Shown piece after piece: positions 1 to 8,631 of a stretch of DNA of 32,682 nucleotides. The translations under genes were made by a program, and so were the position numbers. How positions within the stretch are numbered: position 1 is the stretch's first letter; each line of letters begins with the position of its first letter. The notes beneath the pieces are model-generated. The model saw only the letters and a program-made list of their open reading frames with translations. It was not told the origin of the DNA and did not search any database. Origin of the DNA: an uncultured Saprospiraceae bacterium. Its GTDB lineage: Bacteria; Bacteroidota; Bacteroidia; Chitinophagales; Saprospiraceae. The DNA lies in contig CAZOLU010000002.1 of NCBI GenBank assembly GCA_964580485.1, positions 1 through 32,682 of the forward strand, written 5' to 3'.

Positions 1-55
1 ATTTTTATCGATTACAGACTAGGTATGGGCAAGCGAGTGGCAAAATTATACGTAT
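1..55. repeat. Terminal direct repeat, left copy (assembly overlap indicating circularity)
   Basis: ATTTTTATCG...TTATACGTAT (55 nt) is identical to 32628-32682. Confidence 0.97.
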
Positions 56-62
56 TCCCTAA
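1..62 (+). CDS. 3' end of the FG-GAP/T9SS protein that starts at 31034 (spans the circular junction)
   Basis: The frame continues ...YFYRLQTRYGQASGKIIRIP to TAA at 60-62. Confidence 0.85.
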   Translation, partial: FYRLQTRYGQASGKIIRIP

Positions 63-84
63 ATCTCAAGCTGGGAATTTGAGG

Positions 85-124
85 AAAAATAAGCACTCAC
101 TTCACAAAATGAGTGCTTATTTTT
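85..124. terminator. Bidirectional intrinsic terminator
   Basis: AAAAATAAGCACTCA-loop-TGAGTGCTTATTTTT between convergent stops at 62 and 124. Confidence 0.85.
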
Positions 125-1422
125 TATCGCCTGCGTAAATTTTCAGGCACTTCTACCACAGAAACAATTTGCACAATATTACCATCAGGATCAGTTACTT
201 TGAGTTCCACACGACGATTATAGCGTCGTCCCAAGGGGCTATCACTCCCATCAGGATTGTTGTTGATGGCAATAGGAGTATCTTCTCCCATGCCTTTCAC
301 TGTAATTTGATCAGGAGGTACCCCTTTTTGTAGTAAATACTGTTGTACTCGTTTAGCGCGGTTAAGAGATAATACCTTGTTTTGGCTAGCACTACCAATA
401 GCATCTGTATGCCCTGTCAACTCTACCTTGAGCTTGTTGTTTTTCTTAAGGGAGTTGGCCAGTTTATCCATTTCTTTAAAAGCATCTCCCCAAGGTTGTG
501 TACCACCAAATTCAAAAAGAATAAAACTAATGCTTTGCACATCCGCTCCTGCAGCAGACCAGTTTTCAACCTTAGAGGAAATGGGGTCTTGTCCTGTAGC
601 TTTTAAACTATCTTGCTCTTCTTGAAAAATAAACCACATCGCTTGGCTAATCACAATATTTCCATACTCATCATACAAAACGAGTAGTTCTTCGTTCGTA
701 GCATCCAAGCCCCTATTTTTCTCTTTAAAAGCCAACCAATCTTTAAACTCCTCATCTGATTTTGTTTTAAACATAAACCAATCCACCTCACTAATTTTCA
801 GGTCTCCGTGTTTGATGAAAAATTCAAAAAGCTCTGCATCACTTACTCCTAGATGTGCATTCTTTTTCTTAAACTCAAACCAAGCAGCTTTGTCAATTTT
901 GATACTTCCCCCAAAAGTGCTGTAAATTTCATATAAAAACGCTTCAGAAAAGCCCAAGTCTTTATACTTTTCATAAAAAGCTAACCATTCAGGATTTTCA
1001 AGTTCTTTGGGAATAGTTTCCGCATTTTCTCCTAATAAAGCTGTGGCATTGAGTGAGACAGGTGGTTTGTTGTTGTTTTTCTTGGGGGCTGCTCCAATTC
1101 CTGTTGGTTTGGGAGGAATATAACCACACTGAGCCTTACAAACTTCTCGAATGTAGGCAAAATCAATAATTCGAGCATTCGGAAAGCCCTGCTTCTTTAC
1201 ACTAGCAAGAATGACTTCTGCTTCTTCTTTACTCTTTGCCGCAATATGATAACGATAGATCTGATTAACATCATAAGTTTCATAAACCCCATTAATTTTT
1301 TTAAAATAGCTCAAAGGCACAGATTGATCAAAAGCAGCCAACTCTACGGCATAGTCTGTGTTTTGGGCATTGAGTGAGCTAATTAAGATGAGAAATAGGA
1401 GTGTGGATATAATGTTTTTCAT
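124..1422 (-). CDS. Secreted OmpA-family peptidoglycan-binding protein with three internal ~35-aa repeats
   Basis: Signal peptide MKNIISTLLFLILISSLNAQ; C-terminal OmpA-like motifs GHTDAIG, NKVLSLNRAKRV and NRRVE. Confidence 0.85.
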   Translation of the reverse strand: MKNIISTLLFLILISSLNAQNTDYAVELAAFDQSVPLSYFKKINGVYETYDVNQIYRYHIAAKSKEEAEVILASVKKQGFPNARIIDFAYIREVCKAQCGYIPPKPTGIGAAPKKNNNKPPVSLNATALLGENAETIPKELENPEWLAFYEKYKDLGFSEAFLYEIYSTFGGSIKIDKAAWFEFKKKNAHLGVSDAELFEFFIKHGDLKISEVDWFMFKTKSDEEFKDWLAFKEKNRGLDATNEELLVLYDEYGNIVISQAMWFIFQEEQDSLKATGQDPISSKVENWSAAGADVQSISFILFEFGGTQPWGDAFKEMDKLANSLKKNNKLKVELTGHTDAIGSASQNKVLSLNRAKRVQQYLLQKGVPPDQITVKGMGEDTPIAINNNPDGSDSPLGRRYNRRVELKVTDPDGNIVQIVSVVEVPENLRRR

Positions 1423-1584
1423 ACTACAATTTTATTCAAAATGAGATGCTAACAAGGTAAGAGTTTTTGAGCTTTTACTACCTATTGTGTTAAAAAAAAC
1501 TGAGGAATCATACAGATTTTAGCATTATTTTTTAACTTAGCACCCAACAACGAACAGACATTCAATCATTAAAATCATAAAGTT

Positions 1585-1719
1585 ATGAGTGGCCATCACC
1601 AAAAAGTATGGGGAACGGAGCGTTTTTTATTGGGACTTGTTATTTTTATTGTACTTTTTATGATGTTGTGGGCTTATGTTTACTATCTAAATGATGACTT
1701 TTTGCCTGCTGTACAGTAA
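1585..1719 (+). CDS. Small single-pass membrane protein, 44 aa (not in the ORF track)
   Basis: MSGHHQKVWGTERFLLGLVIFIVLFMMLWAYVYYLNDDFLPAVQ; A-rich start context, TAACTTAG -7-like element at 1533-1540, terminator directly downstream. Confidence 0.7.
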   Translation: MSGHHQKVWGTERFLLGLVIFIVLFMMLWAYVYYLNDDFLPAVQ

Positions 1720-1753
1720 GGATATTGCTAAAAATATATGTTCTCACATATTT

Positions 1754-1793
1754 AAAAAAAGCTGAGTACCACTTGTAGTACTCAGCTTTTTTT
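1754..1793. terminator. Intrinsic terminator after the small ORF
   Basis: A7-GCTGAGTAC-loop-GTACTCAGC-T7. Confidence 0.85.
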
Positions 1794-1930
1794 ATGTGCC
1801 TTTGGTTTAAAGAAAAGGGTCGTTTTTATTGTATAAAATAAAATAATATAAGTCATTTATTATTTTAAATGAATTTATAAATATTAAATAAAGTAACAAG
1901 GTTTTTATTAAAAACTGATCCCTTCCAAGC

Positions 1931-1969
1931 AATAAATAAAGGGAGATGATAGATACTACCATCCCCCTT
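1931..1969 (-). terminator. Probable terminator of pyrE-pyrF
   Basis: On the minus strand AAGGGGGATGGTAG/CTATCATCTCCCTT forms a stem with two G-U pairs, followed by a U-rich tail. Confidence 0.6.
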
Positions 1970-1992
1970 CAATCAAAGAACATGCTGAGTGC

Positions 1993-3405
1993 TTAGTCCT
2001 CCAATCCCAGTCGTTTGAGGTAACTTTTCCAGCCAACTCTCTTGTATTCTGCAGCTTTTTCAGCAGGGTTTTCTGATTGATAAATACCTCGACCTACAAT
2101 CATCACATCAATACCACGCATTTCAAAAGCTTCTTGTGGTGTATTATAAACTTGTCCGTGATCATCACCTCCAGCTTCTAATTTGATACCAGGAGTAAAC
2201 ATCATGAGTCCTGCATCTCTTGGGCGTTTATTCTGACCAACAATGCCTACCACTACATCTTGATGTTTTTGTGCAATTTGCAATGCTTTTTTAGTGTATT
2301 CTCTAGATGTTAAAGTGTCTTCAGTAGACATTTGTGCTACAACTACCAAGCCTGTTGTGTCTAGTTGTCCAGTAGATCGAAGAGCATCAATGCTAGAAGA
2401 ACCTGCCACTACATGCACTGTAACCATATCAGCCCAATCTGCAATATTGAGTGGAGCTGAGGTAAACTGTTGTTTGGCGATATGTCCAATATCTGCAAAT
2501 TTTCGGTCCTCCAAAATGAGGAAATTATGCTTTTGGGATAATGATTTGAGCTTTACAAGCAACTCTGAGTCAAAATCAGCAACCGTATCAATATGTGTTT
2601 TTAATGCACAGATATAAGGTCCTACTTGATCTGCTAATTCCAGCAACTCTTTTTTACTATTGACATCTGCAGAGCAACAAAGATTGGTTTGTTTACTTTC
2701 AATAATAGTAAGTAGGCGTTTGGTGATCTCATTTTCAGTGTTGATCTTAATAGTAGAGTAGCTGAGCTTGGGTACTACATTGCGTTGTAGACGCAATTTA
2801 TCATATCCAATCTGATTGTTTTTAATAAACTCCAAAGTCATTTTATAGGTCAGCTCATCTATTTTGTTATGTACCTTCAAGATGTTTAAAATTTCCTCAA
2901 TGGTATAAACACTTAAGACCTTATATCCCTGTTTCTCCAAGGTAGCTACACCTCCTTGCATTCGATCTACAATAGCAATGACATAGTCAATTTCGAGACC
3001 TTCATCTTCTATAGCCTCAAGAGTTTCAATCATACTAATTCCACTACTAATCACATCATCAATAACCACAGCTTTGTCACCTTCTTCAAAGATACCTTCC
3101 ACCATCTTTTTGGTACCATGCTTTTTTACTTCTTTCCTTTTGACGATCATTGATTTTTTGTGCCGCATAGAAATCGCAGAACTCAATGATAGCGCAGCAT
3201 AAGGAACTCCACACAAATGGTCAAAATCTAGGTTTTTAATCAATTCCCAAAGTTGATCACTAATCTGTTGGAGCGTTTCTGGGTAGGCCACAACTCGACG
3301 AAAATCTAGGTAAAAAGGAGAGGAAAGCCCACTTTTTAAAGTGAATTGTCCAAATTGCAATACATCCAATTCAAACAGCTGAAGTACAAGTTTTTCTTTA
3401 TCCAT
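1993..3405 (-). CDS. pyrE-pyrF: Bifunctional UMP synthase: orotate phosphoribosyltransferase fused to OMP decarboxylase (eukaryote-like order and sequence)
   Basis: N-terminal FTLKSGLSSPFYLD and PRPP loop VVIDDVISSG; C-terminal LKTHID and EDRKFADIG catalytic motif, IVGRGI. Confidence 0.95.
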   Translation of the reverse strand: MDKEKLVLQLFELDVLQFGQFTLKSGLSSPFYLDFRRVVAYPETLQQISDQLWELIKNLDFDHLCGVPYAALSLSSAISMRHKKSMIVKRKEVKKHGTKKMVEGIFEEGDKAVVIDDVISSGISMIETLEAIEDEGLEIDYVIAIVDRMQGGVATLEKQGYKVLSVYTIEEILNILKVHNKIDELTYKMTLEFIKNNQIGYDKLRLQRNVVPKLSYSTIKINTENEITKRLLTIIESKQTNLCCSADVNSKKELLELADQVGPYICALKTHIDTVADFDSELLVKLKSLSQKHNFLILEDRKFADIGHIAKQQFTSAPLNIADWADMVTVHVVAGSSSIDALRSTGQLDTTGLVVVAQMSTEDTLTSREYTKKALQIAQKHQDVVVGIVGQNKRPRDAGLMMFTPGIKLEAGGDDHGQVYNTPQEAFEMRGIDVMIVGRGIYQSENPAEKAAEYKRVGWKSYLKRLGLED

Positions 3406-3443
3406 GATTTTTATTTAGGAAGCATATTGTATTAAATTCCATA

Positions 3444-3451
3444 CAAAGCTA
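3444..3451 (-). promoter_or_regulatory. Bacteroidota -7 promoter element for pyrE-pyrF
   Basis: TAGCTTTG on the minus strand, about 40 nt upstream of the ATG. Confidence 0.6.
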
Positions 3452-3523
3452 CAATAAGTCCTCGAAAAATAAAGCTTGTTTTGAAATCTATTCCCTCTAA
3501 TAGAATGCTATTTTTACTTTAGC

Positions 3524-3586
3524 ACGTTGCACGTGCAACGCTCCAAATTTAACTTGTAACGTTACACGTTTGACGTTTAACGTGTA
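3524..3586. repeat. Heptad array 1 (nine phased 7-mers) with CGTTGCACGTGCAACG palindrome; candidate centromere/operator
   Basis: acgttgc acgtgca acgctcc aaattta acttgta acgttac acgtttg acgttta acgtgta. Confidence 0.75.
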
Positions 3587-3704
3587 AGATACTGTTGTGA
3601 ATAATGTTCAAATTGTAGTGCTTTGTCCAACAAGTACTAACCCTCTGAAATCTACCTAAACTACTAAGTAAAACGCCTAATTGGATATATTACGAAAAAT
3701 ACGG

Positions 3705-3735
3705 TTGTCTGAGAGTTGAGAATCCTGCATCTTTG
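3705..3735 (+). promoter_or_regulatory. Candidate promoter of sRNA copy 1
   Basis: TTG-N20-CATCTTTG, matching the spacing of the Bacteroidota -33/-7 consensus. Confidence 0.5.
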
Positions 3736-3746
3736 TGATAACAAAT

Positions 3747-3882
3747 AAAAACACAGAGACAAGTTCTTAAAATAAGGAGGATGTTCCTCCAAGTTTTCAT
3801 AGTTTAGTTAGGTTAAATTTCATAGGGTAAATTTTGGGGAAAATTTACTAGAGCCAAGTTGGGGAACTTGGCTCTTTTTTTT
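3747..3882 (+). ncRNA. Putative structured small RNA, copy 1
   Basis: Three blocks identical to copy 2, a sequence-variable hairpin, two GGGG-loop hairpins, the last followed by a T8 tail; upstream promoter. Confidence 0.6.
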
Positions 3883-4009
3883 GTTGCACTTGAATGTATA
3901 TTTATATAGGGGATAGTTTGTAAGTTGCATAAGTAAATTACCTAAAATGCTAGTTTAAGCAAATTACTGTTGTTGAAGCTGTGTTTTTACAAGATATTTA
4001 TATTGTAAC

Positions 4010-4148
4010 AAAAACACAGAGACAAGTTCTTACAACATTGAAGATTTAATTCTTCACGTTTCATAGTTTAGTTAGGTTAAACTAACTAAAGGGTAAATTT
4101 TGGGGAAAATTTATAAGAGGCACTAAACTTGGGGGAGTTTAGTGCCTC
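4010..4148 (+). ncRNA. Putative structured small RNA, copy 2 (terminal hairpin may also terminate convergent guaA)
   Basis: Same block order as copy 1; hairpins conserved in position with different stem sequences. Confidence 0.55.
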
Positions 4149-4159
4149 GCCTTATTATC

Positions 4160-5692
4160 CTACTCCCACTCAATAGTGGCAGGTGGTTTTGAAGTAATAT
4201 CATAAACCACACGATTCACATGAGGTACCTCATTAACAATACGATTAGATAGTTTGCCAAGAATCTCTAAAGGAATTCTAGCCCAGTCGGCAGTCATGCC
4301 ATCTGTACTTGTTACTGCACGCAAACCAATAGTGTAGTTATAGGTGCGCTCATCTCCCATCACTCCTACGGTACGAATACCTGTTAGTACTGCAAAATAT
4401 TGCCAAATTTCTTTATCCAAACCAGCCTTTGCGATTTCATCTCGATAGACCCAATCAGCTTCTCTCAAAATAGCGAGCTTATCTTCTGTAACATCTCCAA
4501 TAACGCGAATAGCTAATCCTGGACCAGGGAAGGGTTGGCGAGTTACTACATGCTCTGGCATCTGCATTTCTCGACCAGCTGCACGGACCTCATCTTTGAA
4601 AAGGTTACGCAGGGGCTCTATAATTCCTGTAAAACTCATATTTTTAGGCAGCCCACCTACATTATGATGGCTTTTAATAACTGCGGCATGTTGTCCACCA
4701 CTTTCAATAACATCAGGATAAATAGTGCCCTGAACCAGTAATTCTATATCATCTAGTTTTTTAGCTTCTGCTTCAAAAACCCGAATAAAGGTTTCACCAA
4801 TAATCTTTCGCTTTTGTTCTGGATCACTAACTCCTTTGAGATTATTGAGGAATTGTTCCCGAGCATCTACACAAATAAGATTGAGGTCAAATTGTTCTGT
4901 AAACACCTTTTCTACCATCTCAGCCTCATCTTTTCGCAATAAACCATTATCTACAAAAATACAGGTGAGTTGATGCCCTACTGCTTTGTGTACCAACATG
5001 GCTGCCACAGAAGAATCTACACCACCTGATAATGCACACAGTACTTTGCGATCACCAATTTCTTCACGAAGTTGATGAACTGTTTCTTCTACAAAATTAT
5101 GCATTTTCCAGTCTCCTGTGCAGGCGCAAATTTCAAAAAGAAAGTTATGCAACACCTTGGTGCCTTCTGGAGTGTGTACTACTTCAGGATGAAATTGGAA
5201 TCCATAAATGTGTTTTACATCATTAGCAAAGGCTGCAACAGGACAGTGGTCTGTGTTGGCAATAATGTGGTAATTATCTGGTAGTTGTTTAACTTGGTAG
5301 GTGTGACTCATCCAACAACTAGTATTGGTGGGTACTTTTTTGAAAATAGGATGAGGGCTGACAACCAAGTCTTTTTTCCCATATTCACGGCGCACAGCAG
5401 CTTCCACCTCTCCATCATTCAAATGTACAATCAATTGTGCACCATAGCATATTCCCAAAATAGGAATCCCCAATTCAAATATTTGGGGATCTACAGTAGG
5501 AGCCCCTTCCTCGTAAACTACGCTTGGACCACCTGTAAAAATGAGCCCTTTGGGTTTACGTTTTGTAATTTCTTCTGGACTAATATTGGAAGGTACTACT
5601 TCACAATATACATTGGCTTCACGCACTCGGCGAGCAATGAGTTGATTATATTGTGCTCCAAAGTCAAGCACCAATACTAATTCGTCTGTCAT
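4160..5692 (-). CDS. guaA: GMP synthase (glutamine-hydrolysing)
   Basis: [51 protein letters not shown]. Confidence 0.98.
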   Translation of the reverse strand: MTDELVLVLDFGAQYNQLIARRVREANVYCEVVPSNISPEEITKRKPKGLIFTGGPSVVYEEGAPTVDPQIFELGIPILGICYGAQLIVHLNDGEVEAAVRREYGKKDLVVSPHPIFKKVPTNTSCWMSHTYQVKQLPDNYHIIANTDHCPVAAFANDVKHIYGFQFHPEVVHTPEGTKVLHNFLFEICACTGDWKMHNFVEETVHQLREEIGDRKVLCALSGGVDSSVAAMLVHKAVGHQLTCIFVDNGLLRKDEAEMVEKVFTEQFDLNLICVDAREQFLNNLKGVSDPEQKRKIIGETFIRVFEAEAKKLDDIELLVQGTIYPDVIESGGQHAAVIKSHHNVGGLPKNMSFTGIIEPLRNLFKDEVRAAGREMQMPEHVVTRQPFPGPGLAIRVIGDVTEDKLAILREADWVYRDEIAKAGLDKEIWQYFAVLTGIRTVGVMGDERTYNYTIGLRAVTSTDGMTADWARIPLEILGKLSNRIVNEVPHVNRVVYDITSKPPATIEWE

Positions 5693-5734
5693 ATGATATT
5701 GATTTCTTTTGTTTTGTGATTTGGCAAACAGTAT

Positions 5735-7273
<1,539 letters not shown>

Positions 7274-7371
7274 CGGATGAAAATCCAGATTGATCCTCTT
7301 TTCCCATAAATCAAGAGTTAATTTATTGTTAATTTTTCTAGATGATTCTATGAAAAGCAAGTAAAAGAATC

Positions 7372-7379
7372 TAGTTTTG
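7372..7379 (+). promoter_or_regulatory. -7 promoter element for the pur operon
   Basis: TAGTTTTG about 100 nt upstream of purM, divergent from guaB. Confidence 0.55.
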
Positions 7380-7481
7380 CACTTTATTTCAAAAAAGGGA
7401 GTTTTGCTTAACTTGTATTATAAGTTGCAAAAGCCAGTATTGGTAAGTAATGTAGCTTATTTTCAATAAAAAAAATGCTAG

Positions 7482-8561
7482 ATGGCAGATCAAAAACAAA
7501 GCGGATTAGACATAGATTTGGGAAATCTTTGCTCAAAAGACGCTTTTGGCTGGGCAAAACAAACCTTTGCTAATCGAAATGAAAAAGCTGGTGCATTAGC
7601 CTTGGATGTAGATGGTGTTTTTGCGAATATGCTTCAATTTGGAGATCAGCGCATTGGAATTGGTTCAGATGGGATTGGTACTAAAATCGAGTTGGCAGAA
7701 CGCACAGGGATTTACAATACCCTAGGTTTTGATTTAGTTGCAATGGTGGCTGATGATTTAGCTACTGCTGGTTTTGAACCCACTAGCATTTCCAACATTA
7801 TTGATGTTGATCAACTGGATAGGGAGATTATCAATGAGTTGATGAAGGGGCTGGTAGAGGCCTGCAATTTCGCTAATATGAGTATCACTGGTGGTGAAAT
7901 CGCAGAATTAGGAGATCGAATTGGGGGGTATGGTGATCGTATGCACTTCAATTGGTGTTCTACAGCTATAGGAGTTTTACCCAAAGCTTTGGAAAAACCA
8001 ATTGATGGAACAACAATAGAAGTTGGAGACCAAGTGATTTCGCTTCAAAGTCGAGGTTTTCGAAGCAATGGCTTTTCATTACTGCGCCGCATCATGCAGA
8101 CTAATTTTGGCGACAATTGGCACCATCAATCTTATGAGGGCAACAAAACATGGGGAGAAGCTCTAATCACCCCTTCTCTTATCTACGCACCACTCATCAA
8201 CCAATTTATTCAAAAAAATATCATTCCTAAAGGAATTGCACATATCACAGGTGGTGGAATCGCAGATAATTTCCGTAGAGTATTAAAAACAACCAACTTA
8301 GGCGCAACACTTGACCATCTTTTTGAACCCTTAGACCTAATCAAAAAGGTGATGGAACTCGGAAATGTAGAGGATGAGGATGCCTACTTATATTGGAATA
8401 TGGGCAATGGTATGTTGTTGGTTGTCAAAGAAAATGAGGTAGACCCCCTACTTGAAATCGCAGATTCGGCGGGTTATAAGGCGCGAGCAGCAGGAAAAAT
8501 TACGGCGGACTCCCAGATAAAGATCAACTGTGGGACTGTGCAACTAACTTATGAATTTTAA
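7482..8561 (+). CDS. purM: Phosphoribosylformylglycinamidine cyclo-ligase (AIR synthetase)
   Basis: SDGIGTK, DLVAMVADD, GGEIAE, SNGFSL, HITGGG, WNMGNGM. Confidence 0.93.
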   Translation: MADQKQSGLDIDLGNLCSKDAFGWAKQTFANRNEKAGALALDVDGVFANMLQFGDQRIGIGSDGIGTKIELAERTGIYNTLGFDLVAMVADDLATAGFEPTSISNIIDVDQLDREIINELMKGLVEACNFANMSITGGEIAELGDRIGGYGDRMHFNWCSTAIGVLPKALEKPIDGTTIEVGDQVISLQSRGFRSNGFSLLRRIMQTNFGDNWHHQSYEGNKTWGEALITPSLIYAPLINQFIQKNIIPKGIAHITGGGIADNFRRVLKTTNLGATLDHLFEPLDLIKKVMELGNVEDEDAYLYWNMGNGMLLVVKENEVDPLLEIADSAGYKARAAGKITADSQIKINCGTVQLTYEF

Positions 8562-8566
8562 ATAGC

Positions 8567-8598
8567 AAAGACTGTCCAAAACGGACGGTCTTTTTTTT
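8567..8598 (+). terminator. Intrinsic terminator-like hairpin between purM and purL
   Basis: AAAGACTGTCC-AAAAC-GGACGGTC followed by T8. Confidence 0.7.
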
Positions 8599-8631
8599 AT
8601 AGATTTAACTCGAAATCAAGAGATTTAATTT

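Noticed and set aside
1-55. Terminal repeat as a phage terminal repeat or att site
   Set aside because: It lies inside a coding sequence, its length matches a common assembler k-mer, and there are no phage or integrase genes.
1810-1915. Very AT-rich stretch as a second origin
   Set aside because: No iterons, DnaA boxes or initiator nearby; it is a spacer between two terminators.
3936-3965. Imperfect inverted repeat resembling a dif/Xer site
   Set aside because: Poor match to the XerD arm TTATGTTAAAT and ambiguous spacer length.
3690-4064. Minus-strand mini-ORFs starting ATGAAA in each sRNA-like unit (36 aa MKTWRNILLILRTCLCVF..., 25 aa MKREELNLQCC...) as type I toxins
   Set aside because: The shared DNA block is read in different frames in the two copies, so conservation is not at protein level. 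The promoter and U-tail favour a plus-strand RNA. Not fully excluded for copy 1.
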